A DNA stretch of 63,437 nt, filler included, from Folioceros fuciformis (lineage: Eukaryota), in assembly GCA_049999805.1 (NCBI GenBank). It is 4 parts of 4 records of this genome, joined end to end, with 100 filler letters (N's around TTAATTAATTAA, not from the genome) between each part and the next. Parts side by side here need not be neighbours in the genome. Positions count along the whole stretch, not along the records: positions 1 to 20,555 come from JBNGIO010006279.1; 3 more parts are not named here. The stretch is one strand, 5' to 3'. Shown here one piece after another: positions 1 through 13,126 of this stretch. The notes beneath the pieces were generated by a model. The model saw only the letters and a program-made list of their open reading frames with translations. It was not told the DNA's origin and made no database searches. Position numbers and translations under genes: made by a program. How positions within the stretch are numbered: position 1 is the first letter of the stretch; every line of letters starts with the position of its first letter.

Positions 1-84
1 TATTTTGTTCCAAATAATCAAGGTCAGAATTATATTTTTCTTTCTTCAAAACAATCAAGGTCAGAAAAACATATAGTTTCCTAT

Positions 85-350
85 ATCGATCAATGTCTTC
101 TTCTTTTATTCGTTTAATATTTTTCTCAAATAAATCTCAAAAACTATTTGCTCTAGAACAATCGTATTCATATAAATATGTGATCTCCTCCATCGATCAA
201 TATCTTCTTCTTCTCTTCATTAAATATTTTTCTCAAATAAATCTCAAAAAATATTTGCTCAAGAACAATTGAATGTATATAAATATGTGATTTCCTCCAT
301 TGATCTAATCTTCTTTTATTCATTAAATATATTTTTCTCAAATATATCTT
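85..350. repeat. Degenerate AT-rich tandem repeat, ~107-bp period, ~2.5 copies
   Basis: ATCGATCAAT..TTTTTCTCAAATAAATCTCAAAAA..ATAAATATGTGAT recurs at ~85, ~192 and ~298. Confidence 0.7.
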
Positions 351-905
351 AAGGAAACAAAAAACCATCTTCCTTAGAAACAATGGAGTTTAAATGTAGA
401 AACAATCAAGTTCAAACAAAGTGGTACATGGATCTCTTCTTTTTTCATTCATGGAATAGTTTGTCTATTAGATCTCCCAAAATATCTATGAGTTTTAATA
501 TATTTGTTTGTAATAATTAAACAATGGAAGATCGACTTGACAAGTATAGCCCATCGTAGAAGAACCATAGTTCAGACTATATATGTTGGCCTCCTGTGCT
601 CACTTCTCAAGGTCTCCAGTGCTTGGTTCATTGAGCTCATTCCTCAAGCCTCTCAAGTGCTTGGTTCATCGTGCTGCTCTGTTTTCAAGCCTCGGAGAGC
701 AAGTCGTGTAGCTATTCTTGTAAGTTTTGTCTTTGTTGTATGTTAGTGATTGTCTTCTTGCCCATGTATCGCAATGTTTTTGTTTTTCTCATCCAGTAGT
801 GTGGGTTTTATGTTTGACATGGTATTCGAGCTTTGTATCATGATTCATGTCTTTTCTTGTGTTATGTCTAATGTGATCATGTTTTGTTATTTGATTGTAG
901 AATCA

Positions 906-1223
906 ATGGCGCGCAAGAGTGTAAACATTGTTTCCTCCGTGGGTGTGGCAGTCCTCTTTCTGGGCATCTACATTTCGATGCTCATGAGCAATGTGCCTAC
1001 TGCTCGTGCGGAGTATGACATTTTGTGTCGTCCTGTCAATTGTTATCATTCGGTGTTTGATCATCTTCCAATTCCGACTTCAAGGCCTCCCAAGTGCGAC
1101 AAGCGATGCAAGGATTGCGAGCCATGTAAGTTGGTGGAGTTGGTGGATTGTAACAATGATTCTGGTAATGGGACGATTACTGGTTGGGGCTGCGCGTGCA
1201 ACAAGAAGGTGTATTACTGTTAG
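906..1223 (+). CDS. EPF/EPFL-family cysteine-rich secreted peptide precursor
   Basis: ATG at 906 follows a TTGTAG acceptor (probable 5'UTR intron). Hydrophobic signal segment (VGVAVLFLGIYISMLM) precedes the EPF-type mature domain SRPPKCDKRCKDCEPC..V....WGCACNKKVY. Confidence 0.8.
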   Translation: MARKSVNIVSSVGVAVLFLGIYISMLMSNVPTARAEYDILCRPVNCYHSVFDHLPIPTSRPPKCDKRCKDCEPCKLVELVDCNNDSGNGTITGWGCACNKKVYYC

Positions 1224-1587
1224 CTCGTAGCTCCGGGTGATTACTACCTTGGTTACAGATGATTTCAAAAGCGAGAATCATGGGTTGTGTATCCGTTTCC
1301 GAGATGGATGTTTTGTTTGTCTGGTCAGTTTTGACTGTCATCCGTCTCTGGTGATTAGTAATAAAGATTTCTCGCGTTGATTTTTTCCGTCTCACCGCAA
1401 TCTTGGACTTCACGGGCTTTCAGTACTGAACACTGCGATGTCCAGAGAAACCTAGGGCAACTCACTTTGCTGAAAACTGTCATGTCCAATAATTTCTTCG
1501 CACGTACAAATTCACACCCCAGCTTTGGCCGCACTCCAAACATGTCTCTGCCAAACTGTCGAGTGTTTCACAGTATTACAAAGTGGG

Positions 1588-3823
1588 TCAGACTGTGTCA
1601 CCAGAATGTGGTTCAACAGTCTCATTCAACAGGTCGGCCTCCTTAAGAGAAGGTGGTTTCACAAGCTGATCATACGGTGGTTGCACACGCTCATCAGAAT
1701 GTGGTTCTACAGGCTCATCAGAATGCGGTTCTACAGGGTCATCAGAATGAGGTTCCAGAAGCTCATCAGAATGAGGTTCCAGAAGCTCATCAGAATGCGG
1801 TTCCACAGGCTTATCAGAGTGTGGTTCCACAGGCTCATCAGAATTCGGTTCCACAGGCTCATCAGAATGGGGTTCCACAGGCTCATCCGAACGCGGTTCG
1901 ACAACATCATGAGAGTCTGGTTGAGCTGCCGGGATTGTTCCACCTGCGGCTGTCTTGCTCCCAGAGACGAGAACGTCTCGGCCCCCCAACAAGACCGAGT
2001 CCTCTACTGACTTTGGAACCGTCGCACCAAGGAAGGTCTCACTTTCTCGGTGTCTGGACTGAGAACCCTCAACAAGTTCAGGATCAATGAAGCGCTCTTC
2101 CAAGCTCCCCGCCGTTGCTATGGAATGGTCTCCCCCTTCAGTACCGGCAGAGCCTGCCGCCACGACCGCTCCGTCTGTGGTTTGCGTAGATACAGAATGG
2201 ACAGCTCTGACGGCCTCTACAGCTTTGCTGAGAGCAGCGTACTTCAACACAAGCTCCTTGTATTCAGCCAGAAGATGCGCGACATCACCAACTGTTAAGT
2301 CCCCCGCCCTGGCATACAGAAATCGGTATTGCTTTTGTATCTCTCCCCGGACAGACACGTTCGCCTCCTCCGCCACTTTGGTCGAAGTAGATGGTATTGG
2401 AGGTAATCTCTCCGTGACAGACTTGACCTGCCTTTCCTCATCCTGGGGAGCCGGCTTCGGCAACTTCACCTGCCCTTCCTCATCCTGGGCAGCAGGTTTC
2501 GGAGACTTGGCCTGCCTTTCCTCATCCTGGGCAGCAGGCTTCGGAGACTTGACCTGCCTTTCCCCATCCTGACCACCTGCATCCTTTCCAACTACAGCAT
2601 CTGGTATCTTATCCACAGCATCAGCAGGCCGTCGCATCCTCCTTTCGAACTCCTCTGGATCCATGGAGAGTGAAGTAGCAGTAAGACACCGAATGAAGGT
2701 TTCTGCAGAAACCATATTGGTAAAGAAGTATGCTGTTTCTGAAACCAGGCGTGACTGATGTCGATACCGTTGAATGAAAAGCAGATTGGAATGCAGTTGA
2801 GGTGGATTAGCCTAAAACAACATCAAGCCAACGAAACCAATCACCAATCTGCTTCTCTCTATCTATCCGAAGGAACACCAGACCAGCTAGAAGGGGTGAG
2901 AGAGTTGATACTTTGATAACAACATAGATGAGCACTGGCAGGAAATCATCAGCTCCGGGTGGGTTGTTGTGGGTAGCCATGGATTCATTGAGCAAAATGT
3001 TGTTGATCATGGTGCAGCAATTGAGGATGCAGACCACTTTGTTCCTGGGGGCCTTGAACGTATTGATCTTCTGCAACTCCTTTTGTGCCAACTGAGGAAC
3101 AAGAAGAAGAATAACAAGAAGAAAAACATGACACAGGGTCTGAAACTCCGCAGAAACTAACTTGCCTGAAGCAACTATACCGCAAGGCACAAAAGTGGTG
3201 GGACAAGCTTCTCACAAGCAAGGACGGTTCATTGTTCATTGCTGACGGTATATCCAAGTGCTCAGGACGAATAAACTGCTGCAGGCAAGATATCTTGTCC
3301 GACAGCTCCTGGTCGATCTCCTTGTCTTCCTCAGACTGCGGAAATGCTCGAGAGTACAGCTTCAACATGAGATACCTCTCAATACCCTACACATAATCCA
3401 GCAAGGTCTCCATGAGCGGCAATCTCCTGCCCTCGTGTCTAGGAGCCAGACGTGCTGCGGAAAGCACGTCTGCGGAAGAAAGCATTCAGGGGAGAGCCAG
3501 GCACACACCTCTCCAGTAGTCTCGATGTCCTCCTCGGACGCCCCTGCCCACATCGGGTGCGCCCTGAAAGCTTCCTCCATGTTTTTGACGAATTCTTGCA
3601 CACTCCTGCTGTCCTTCTCCGGATCGGGAGGGCTTGACAGGAAAGCGAATATGAAACTGTAAGGCAAAGAGAGTGAGCATGGTCTAACCAAGGCAAAGCA
3701 AGCAAAGCCAACATCCAATTCAAAACGAAGCCATCACCTTCTGATGGCTTTGACGATATCCGCAAGGGATGGATGCCGCATGCGTTCCAGAAACTCATGG
3801 AAATTGTAATCGTAGCTCTCCAT
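1588..3823 (-). CDS. VPS9: VPS9-domain Rab5 guanine-nucleotide exchange factor (VPS9a-like), multi-exon, with repetitive C-terminal extension
   Basis: Spliced exons give MESYDYNFHEFLERMRHPS.., PDPEKDSRSVQEF..AFRAHPMW, QQFIRPEHLDI, AQKELQKINTFKAPRNKVVCILNCC, GADDFLPVLIYV and NPPQLHSNLLFIQRYR, all typical of plant VPS9a. Confidence 0.93.
1605..1905 (-). repeat. Coding minisatellite, 24-bp unit ((V/L)EPHSDEP), in the VPS9 C-terminus
   Basis: GGTTCCACAGGCTCATCAGAAT-type unit repeated about 10 times; translates as VEPHSDEP repeats. Confidence 0.9.
2418..2575 (-). repeat. Coding 42-bp repeat (KSPKPAAQDEERQV), ~3.5 copies, in VPS9
   Basis: Visible in both the DNA and the 1588..2715 ORF translation. 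Confidence 0.85.
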
Positions 3824-4674
3824 GGCCGCTCACTCCGATTTCGATTTCGACTTCGATTCCGATTCAAATTCCAAAACCAATTCCCCACAGTGTGGTGCAT
3901 CTCTCAGCCAGATCCAAGGCACACAGCCCAATGTAGCCTCCCTGGTGTGCCGAGAGATGGCTTCATCTAGCGCATGCACCGGACCAGCGCTGCTGCCAAT
4001 CCATGGCACCCAACCCACGCCTGTCCAGCAGCAGCTGCAGCTTGCACACCAGTGTGTCGCGAGGGCATAGCGATGTGCAAGGGCGATAAAGAGAAGGCGA
4101 TGAATGAAGAGGAAGTTGAGGCACAGACCTAGCTAGTCTAACGACGACGATGGCCGGAAGGACTCCTAGTCTATGTTTGTGTTTATGTGTGTCTTTGAGC
4201 CTAATCGTCTGAAATGGCTGACACGTGAAAGAACAAAACAAAAAAGCGAAGCGAAGCAAGCGAGCGAGCGCAAGCGTGCCGTGCCGTTCTGGGCCGTGCC
4301 TTATAAACCTTATGGAGGAGACAGTATATAAACCTACAGTTTTAGTGCAAGGCAAGGAATGGAAGAGAAGAAACAGAGAGCAGAACCAAAGCGGGCAGGT
4401 GCAAGCGCAATAGCAATAGCAATAGTAGTACAGTAGTTCTCCATAGAGTAGCCTGCAGGTCCTAGGGCGGATCGGGAAGGCCGGAGCTTGGGCTTGCGCC
4501 TGCGATTGCGCGTTTCGTTTGCCTTGTGCTTTTGTGCCTTCGTGCGCCGAGAGACCACNNNNNNNNNNNNNNNNNNNNNNNNNNNNNNNNNNNNNNNNNN
4601 NNNNNNNNNNNNNNNNNNNNNNNNNNNNNNNNNNNNNNNNNNNNNNNNNNNNNNNNNNGGCAGTCCGATTTGCC

Positions 4675-5557
4675 ATGGCGGCGGCTGCATTTGCCGCAGG
4701 CGCGGTGGTGCCGCGGGCTGTATCTCGCGCCGCGCCGGCCACCTCCTCGGGTTGTGCGCCGTGCGGGGTGCGGGTGAGCGGGATCACGAGACCCCGGGCC
4801 GCGGCCTCGAGCCTGGGCCGCAGGAGGCCGGCAGAAGAGCTGCAGCAGGAGAGCGGATCACGGGGGCCGTGGCAGGTGGTTCGGTCGCTGGTGCAGGAGG
4901 CGGAGCAGGCGGAGGCGGACCAGGAGGCTGCGGATGGAGCGCCTGCTGGCGTTCAGGAGACCATAACCATGTTCTTCAAGGTGCGTGCGCATCCGCCGCT
5001 GGTGTCGGGCTTCTGCTTGCTTTCACGCAACTGCATTGTCGCCGCTCATGCTGTTGTTTTGCAGGCGGAAGGCAGCCTGAGCGAGGCAGCTGTGCCTAAG
5101 GTGCAGACGGCGCTGGAGGTGAGAATTAGTGCGATTTCGTTGCTCTTTGCCTTTGCCTTTGCGTTGCCCTTGCCTTTGCCTTTGCGTTGCCCCAAGGGAA
5201 GGAATATAAGTCCGGGGTGGCCTGTGCAGGCGCTGGATGGTGTGAGCCATGTCAAAGTGTATGTGGCAGAAGGAACTGCAACTGTAGAGGTGTGTGGATT
5301 GCCCTCCATCTTTTCTCTGCAAAGTTTACCATTCGCTTAGCGACCCGAGCATGGCTTACGGTATGTGTGTGGTGTCATGGCAGCTAACGAAGCAGAGCCT
5401 TGTCCAAGAGTCTGGAGTAGCATCAGGTCTAGTTGAAGTTATCCAATCTAATGGCTTTAAAATGCAAGCGTTAAATTTAGGATTTGATGATGACAATGAT
5501 GACGATGATAGTTTGTATTCCTACGATGATACGGCTGAGGAGGAAGTATCCACTTAA
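4675..5557 (+). CDS. Plastid-targeted HMA/ferredoxin-like-fold protein (heavy-metal-associated superfamily), 4 exons
   Basis: Ala/Arg/Ser-rich transit peptide, then exons ETITMFFK / AEGSLSEAAVPKVQTALE / ALDGVSHVKVYVAEGTATVE / LTKQSLVQESGVASGLVEVIQSNGFKMQALNLGF plus an acidic tail. Introns are GT-AG. No CxxC motif is seen. Confidence 0.75.
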
Positions 5558-6639
5558 TTCAACTGATTCTACTCGCGACAGACTACCCACATCTCACCAT
5601 CGCGTAGTGTTTGCTTCCTCGGTGCTCCTAATGGTTTCCGTACTGGGGATTCCGGGTGCCCCAACGGCCATCTGGGTTGGGGGGCATCTAAAGGATTGTG
5701 TAGTGGGTATCCAACCGTCGTATTCTCAGCACATAGTTCATCGCGAAACAGCGTCAAGCATTGAGGCCCGAAGTCCGTCCTCAGAGATATGTATGGCATC
5801 CACAGCAGGTTCGCCGGCTCTGCTTCAAGCTTTATGTATAAAATCCAATCCAGTGGTCCCGCCACATTCCAGCATCCAAGGGTACTTCCGTGTTTGACTA
5901 AATGGCTAGACACAGGTAACTCTCATCAGCCTATGAAGCGCTATGTATATATGTACACGCAAGGCACCCTGTACTGCTCTTGACGACCGACCGTCTTAAA
6001 CCGGTATCCACAATCGACCTGGTCGGGACTCCCTTACAAATTCCACTTCAGTAGGCTGCCGAAGTCCACATAACCCTTCCAGAGGAGCAACCTGTCACGC
6101 ATGTTTGGGCACCAAATGCACCAGCTTATCATCAATACGTGTAGAAGAAAGCTAGAAGGCATATCCTAAACTGCGTATGCTTCACTCGTGACTGTGTCAG
6201 CTAGTCTATTTCTGTCAGATCACGCCATACTACAAAACACTCTTAATTAGGATTCATGAGCAGCACTCGGTCACCAGTACAATCTGTTCCTTGTCCGTAT
6301 GAATACTGTGTATTCTCAGCTGCATTCCTCCAATAGGGTATCAGATTTAGTCTCAGATTTAATCTCAAGTACAGACAATTGTCTATGGATACCCCTCCCT
6401 CATACTCAAGACTGCACCTCAGTTTAAGAAATAACATAGCGCACCGGTGGAACCATACGGCCACCCACACAAACTCTCAATGCAATCAGAAAACCTCCAG
6501 CATGGGTAACTTTCTTTTCCCCTGCATCATCCAACCCTCCATTAGCAGTCTGACATTTGTTTCATATTCCATATCGTTCATTAGGCTCTAAGGTTAGGGA
6601 AGTTACACTAAACCAACAGAGGACGACAAGTGAGAGACA

Positions 6640-9087
6640 TACCAGAGGTTGCGCCTTCTCTACTTTCTCCTCCAATTCAGCTGCTAGCCTCTCTTCCTCC
6701 GTCTCAACTTCCTTCTCAGCGGCCTTGGAGCGACATCCGTTTTCCAAGGGGGGCACAGGTGGCAGCATGGGTGGATGCAGCTGGGTTGGGAAAAGCTCCG
6801 CTAACAATTTAGGGTCCGGATTGAGTGACTGGAACAGTTTTAACCCAAAGTTACCCTGCAACGAACATGCCCATCAATGTTTGCAACTGTATTAAGAAAA
6901 ACGCGTTATCACACACAAAACTGGCAATTCTAAGTCCTCCTGTTACCTTCGGAGTTATAAGTTTGCAAGCCAATCCATCTATAGCAGATACAGCTAAAAC
7001 TGTCTGCAGCACACAATTACCCCCTCAGTAGGATCAAGGAGGAAAATAATCTTAGCTCAAGAAGAGAACAGCGAGCAAAACAATTTTATGTCGAAACAGG
7101 TTTTCATGAGGTATCCTGTCGTGCTACTACCTGCATGTATGCTTCGATGAGATCATCAACACCAATGCCGATGCGATTAAAATCTCGACTATCCATCAAG
7201 AGCAATCGCTCCGTCTCAGTTCCCCATGAACCATCCGCGTTCTGCGTGGCCACCAACAAAAGTGTGAGAAACTGCAAACAAGGACTTCACACAATCTCTA
7301 CACCACGATGTGAAATTTACGGACCCTGAAGGACAGGTTGGTTCCAAGCATATCCCAGGACTGCGTTCCAGCATCCAACTTCTCAGCCAAAGGTAGACGG
7401 GCCCGTCTTGCATATATTGCAACCGGGAAAAAACCTTCCGGTGACGAACCGATCATGAGCCTCAGATCAGCTGNNNNNNNNNNNNNNNNNNNNNNNNNNN
7501 NNNNNNNNNNNNNNNNNNNNNNNNNNNNNNNNNNNNNNNNNNNNNNNNNNNNNNNNNNNNNNNNNNNNNNNNNCCCTTCAAATTTGGTATAGTCCCAACG
7601 TGGTATAGCCTCCCAGCTCCGGCAACTGAGCTCCATCCATTGTTCCCTATCAGAGCCTGTAATTCAGGGTGAGTATACAAAATAGAACCACCAACTGGTA
7701 AACGCGAAATGGCCCCGACAGCGTAACTATCCTAGTCAACGCTTTATTCCGAGCAACGAAAACCCAACCTGCACAATAAAACGATCATAACGATGTTCGA
7801 TGTCCATAAACTGTTTCAATTCCGCCTCGTGCGTTATAGTCCAGACGCCTTGTCCGGCATTTGCATATGGTACTTTCACGACTGCCAATCCCCCCATTCT
7901 TCGCACCCACAACGGAACCTCTGGTTTTGCGACGTCCCAAATCGTCTCCGGGGTATGGATTGTCAAGCCAGTACCAGCAATATCGGCGTTGTGAAGGTCA
8001 TAGGCCTTGGCTGCCAGCATTTTGTTGCGTCCTCCGGCAAGGCAAGCAAGCACAGGGTTGAAGATCAAAGTGCGCGTAATAGGAGGGATGCGAGACCACG
8101 GTCGCTGGGTAACATATCGTAATGCAGCACGAACTGGCTCCCATTTCTCTTCTCCGAGTGCGTTCAGCCCGTTGCCCATAGCACTGCCATTTGAAGATCC
8201 GAGTCCTTGGGATCTGTGTACCAGATTAGATGTGCATATCTCAAGAACACCATCCTCTCTGCACCGAACTTTGGGATGAGGGTCATCTGCATAGCACGGA
8301 GCCAAATAGACAGACTCCCCTGCAAGATCTGCCAGCACAGCAGCATAGCCTGAAGCTTCCATTTTGTTCTTATCATAAAATACTGCTAGCTTCCCTTCCG
8401 GCAGAACCTCGCCGTTAAACTTCCCGGCCCGAAGAGACGGCATAAATGCTTTCTCCAGCAATGTACGGTAGCCTGCATGCTCCATATCTTCATTTGCGAG
8501 AGGCATAGACTTCTGACCAGATGGGCATGAATTCGTCTCTACGACTACTAGTCGTTTCTGACCCCGATCTGAAGTGGTCGCAAATAGGTCCGCTCCACCC
8601 CATTGAAAGTAACTGCAAACACAATGCCGCAACAGCCAGCTTCACAGACGATTCTTGAAACCTCATGACGAAGCGGAGTAGGCAAACGTCTAAACCTCTA
8701 GGTCATTACAACTACAAAAGATCTATCCGCATCCGCAGCTATGCTAGCAATGTATAGAAGTCAAGCCGAGATATGTACAAATATGCACTCTGAGCAAGAA
8801 CTCAGAGCTGATGATTGCACTCGTGGCGAACCATACCGTGTACTATGCGCCAAAACCTTCACCACTGCTTCGTGATTGGCCTCAGGATGAAGATGGCAAT
8901 ATCGCTTAGCAATACGCTCGTTGCCAAGACATAGAAAAGAGCGGACAAGCGGATGAATTTGAGCGTTCAAAACGCGGGGATAGAAGTGATCGGCCGGCTC
9001 AAACGTCCCCTGCTCAACCAGCTCCACTTGACGATCAAAACAGTAGGCAGGTGAGGACACGACAGGCTGCTCTATACCGGCTCCCAT
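6640..9087 (-). CDS. Uncharacterised ATP-grasp-fold-like protein, multi-exon (3' end uncertain; N-gap at 7474-7573)
   Basis: Exons join to give [21 protein letters not shown] / [66 protein letters not shown] / [30 protein letters not shown] / [29 protein letters not shown]. The VK.P....GQGV, IVQ and DLR motifs match the ATP-grasp pattern. Confidence 0.7.
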
Positions 9088-10397
9088 CTCTCTGACGCTC
9101 TTGTATCAAACTTGTTCCCAAAACGCGGCCGCCAGCCTCCGTCCGTTCGTGGCCTGGATTAGGTGCTGCTCTTTATCTTCACAACGCGCCTCCGAATTGC
9201 CTTGCCAAGTTCAGAATTGGACTCCCGTCCTCCATCAGTGGGAGAAGAAAATCTCCCAATGATGTGAACTTGCCCTCGAGCACAACGTACCGCAATATAT
9301 AGCTGTTTCATGCTTCTTATCCACAGAAAAGACCTCCGCCCCAGATCTAAAGTAGACAGTTCAACAAAGTGAGTGCCACCAATAGAATTACATCACAGAT
9401 ATCACAAATTGAACGCGTCCAAGCAGGGATCCAAAAGCGAGAGACTATCTGGACCGCACTAAGTTCATCTATAGTAAAAATAGCCACACAGATCTGTGAT
9501 CTAAGCCAGCAGGATTGTACGTGAACATGAAAGGAGAAGAAGATACAGACCTCTTGAAAGAAACACAACAGCTAAGAGCTCAGCACAGGCACTTCAAAAC
9601 ATCGCCAAACAAAGAATACAGCCTTAACTCCACATAAGTCCACAATCAAGCCACTGGTACAACATCCAGAGCGTCACACTTAATTGATGGCCGCAAAAAC
9701 ACCTCTCTTCAGGGAAAAACCACAGCTCTTCAAAGAAGGCACCCAGACCCGTCGGCACATGCACCACGCACAAGAGGGCCCGCAAGAAGAGTGGCAGCAA
9801 AGCAAGGAGTCCAGAAACAAGGAAAAAAATCCCACTCCTTCACAAAATCGACCACGCTGGGATGTGCATCAAGCTCCGCCTCCCGCGTGCCGCTGAGTCA
9901 CTCTAGCATCACTAAAACAAGAGTTCCCAGGGCGCAGAAAGAAGCAAACCCGGGCATGCAGCATATCAAAAGGAATCTTATGGCAGCGCGAGCTCGACAG
10001 GCTGTGCTAGGGCGGCGGACGGCGAGCGCACAGGCTGCAGCGGCTTCGCAGCGAGAGCCAGCACACGACAGACGGACCAACCGTCTCCCCTCCTCCGGCC
10101 TTCAACTCCAGGGTGGGGCGCGGGCTTCGTTCGTGTGCCACGTGGCGAAATGAGCATATTCTCCCTGGATGAACGCCAGACAGGCATGTCACGATCCAGG
10201 GACAACGTCACCATACGGATATTGGTCCGAATATGACAATGCGACGCGGATATGTCGTAAACGCGAAACTCGAACAGATGTGTCTTTCACAAATACCGGC
10301 TTCCTCCTCCCAGTTTTCAATCACTGCTGACTGTCAGGAATTAGTAACTGGATAGGTCCAGACGGGACGCTGCGACTGGTGCTGGTCAATCCTATCA

Positions 10398-12690
10398 CTA
10401 CGGAAACTGGATGGAGCTGCAGCAGTGGTAGTAACCGTTGTCATCGTAGGCGAACCGTTGAGACAGATGGGCTTCGGTGATGACGTATCTACCCCACTCT
10501 TTGGCCCCGTACTGCTCGATTATTGACCTGGCATCGAAGGGCTTGCGCTTCCGAGACTGGCCACGCCTTCCTCTGCCAAAGCAGACACCCTCTTGTCATT
10601 GTCGGCTGAGAATATCAGGATAACAAGTAACCGTGACAGCTGAAGAGGGCAGGATGGTACAAGGCACAAGTGGAGAGGAGATATTCACCTTTTGCGGTGG
10701 CTCGTGTTCATCAGCGTTGCGTGCAGCTGTAGGAAGAGGACAGAGTCACGAGATTGGGCGCTGCGAAGAATCCACGAAAGCCAGAAATGCCTGTACTAAC
10801 CTTCAAGGGTTGGTCCTTATCACGGTCCATGACGAGCCCGGCTTGCGTAAACGCATCGATCAGAACCTCTGGTTGTTATGGTTCAGGAACCCAAACAAGG
10901 ACATGAGCAATGAGAATGTGAACGATGAGTATGGCTGACAATCACAGGATACTGCATGCTGCCATGAGCCGGTTTTCCTGGCCTGGTTCTTGGACCTTGG
11001 CGTACAAAACATGAGCCTTGGCAAGATTCGACCTCATGCAGTCCTGACACGCCACGAGTGCAGGTTAGTGAAGATTTCACCCATAGTTCTCTTCAGCAAC
11101 TTGGTGTAGAGCTGGATGCAGAATAGATGAGTAGCCGCAGTATAGGTGCAAGGGTCTTACCACACCATTTAGGTCTATCTCAACTGCTCGACTGTCCAGC
11201 GCAAGAAGAACCGGCACACGAATTTTCTGGGATGCAATATGTTACGAACAAGAGAGGACAATGCTCAGTTCATTTAAAGTAGTACAAAATCACCCTTCAG
11301 CAACTTGGGACCGGAAACGGACTCCTGACGGTTAACTTGCCTGCAAGACGTCTATCGCAGTCTGGATCCGATCTCCATTCCATAGCTTCAACATCAGCAC
11401 AGTAAGGTGAAATGTTTTCGCGTTGACAAATATGGACTTGTCTATACCTAGATATGCTCATACCACAAAATGCTCGTTATTGTCTCACAGTCTCGTAAGC
11501 AAGACTTGATGGTGCTTTGCAGGGAAGCAACATGACCAATACCTTCCCCTGCTTTCCTGGGGTTCACAGCAGTGGACATGGTCTCACCCTCTTCATCGTC
11601 GGAGACCTCCTCGACATTGTCCTCGCCACCGTTGACTGTGCTAAGGACTGTTTCTTCAAACCTGACAATTTCGTCGACCAGAGATCCATGTAGTGCAAGC
11701 GGCAACGAAATGAAATGTGTGTACTGATAATTTGGGCTTCTGACAGCCTGGAAAACGCAGCACAACATATTCCTGGATACTCCGTCTGTCAAGACATGGT
11801 CTCAGCACATGAAGAAAGAACCGGCTTACCTGTTCCACGACTTCATCTATGGCTTTCATAGCCTTACTGACTGCCTCCTGAGTTGGGCCCTTAACAACTG
11901 TGTCGAAGGAGGAAAAAAACAAAAGGAAGAGAAAGCAGAGCTTTCCAATCAGTTACTGCATAGCATTTACCCTAAACTGAAAAGTCTGATCATTTAAGAC
12001 GGGTTAAGTCCATCTCAGAAGATGGGGCTTACTGATGACTGAGTTGAACTTTCCTGCAGTCCACTTCGAGGGAATGTTCAGCTCTGCAGCACTGTCACTC
12101 TCAATCTTAGCCTTGGTTGTTCCCCCTGTTCCAACAATGTACTTCAGAAGACTTGTATCGACCTGCAACGAAGGTCTGACAGTATGAATTTGATCGCTTT
12201 TCTCATTGCTGGTGACTGTTTTTTGGCGGCCACACTCCTGGTGAATGGGTGTCGGCGTGAGCGAAGGACAGAAACAAACTTGCCCTTCTTACGACACAGA
12301 CCACCGACCTGATAAGAAGCTACGTGCTCCTGTGCCTTCTCCGTTCCTGCTGCAGGAGCTGCTGTCACATCTACGTCCATCAGACTTCGAGAGCCAGTTT
12401 TGTCTGCGCGAGGAACAAAACTCTCTTTATTGAAAAATTAAAACAATCATGGTCACGACACAACATGACCCTGTCCTCCCATACGCATGCAGTCGAATAA
12501 AACTGCGGATGACACTAGGTAGAAGAAAAAACTGTGCCTTCCATCGACATGGACACCAATTGATTTTGCTGGCTTGTGGGTCCGATTTGCGAACTACTGG
12601 CGGCCACCTGCACGGTAGTGGAGTACTGCCGAGAGGCCCCCTGCCCTCTGGGCTGGGCGGACACTGCAAACCTCAGATGGGGATCCATAC
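10398..12690 (-). CDS. ASCC1-like protein: KH domain plus AKAP7/LigT-type 2H phosphoesterase, multi-exon (start approximate)
   Basis: KH GxxG loop (YIVGTGGTTKAKIE), YTHFISLPL, two HxT motifs (FHLTVLMLKLWN and LHATLMNT), and C-terminus FDARSII..EWG.Y.ITEAHLSQRFAYDDNGYYHCCSSIQFP* with stop at 10398. Confidence 0.85.
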
Positions 12691-13126
12691 AAGATTTTGA
12701 ACAGAACAAAGGCAACTCGAACGTAACAATCTTCACAGGCCTAGTGTGCACCAAGGACCTCTGGAGAAGGCCATGTGCACCATCAACATATTCGAAAAGT
12801 ATGATGGAACTGTGAAAATGAAGGTTGTTGCCGTACAATCACAATAGTTTTATCTCACTTTCACCCTTTCTGGTGCTGACACATCCTTGAGAGCAGAACA
12901 AATTCTTCGCAGAACTGTCCCTCCGCTGGCCACAAAAAGCAAGCACAGAGTCAACAGACCTCCACAGAGTATGGAGGCCAAACGTGACCAGCATCTGACT
13001 GCTCAGTCAATTGTGCAATCACGTGCTAATCTTCCACACTCTTCCCCTTCACCACGTCCAGCAAACACAAAACAAGACTGTGCAGCACTCGTGTTCTCAA
13101 GATGCAACACACGACACGGTCTTGCT

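Noticed and set aside
1525-2090. Arg-rich and Gln/His-rich repeat ORFs on the plus strand
   Set aside because: Alternative-frame readings of the 24-bp VPS9 coding repeat.
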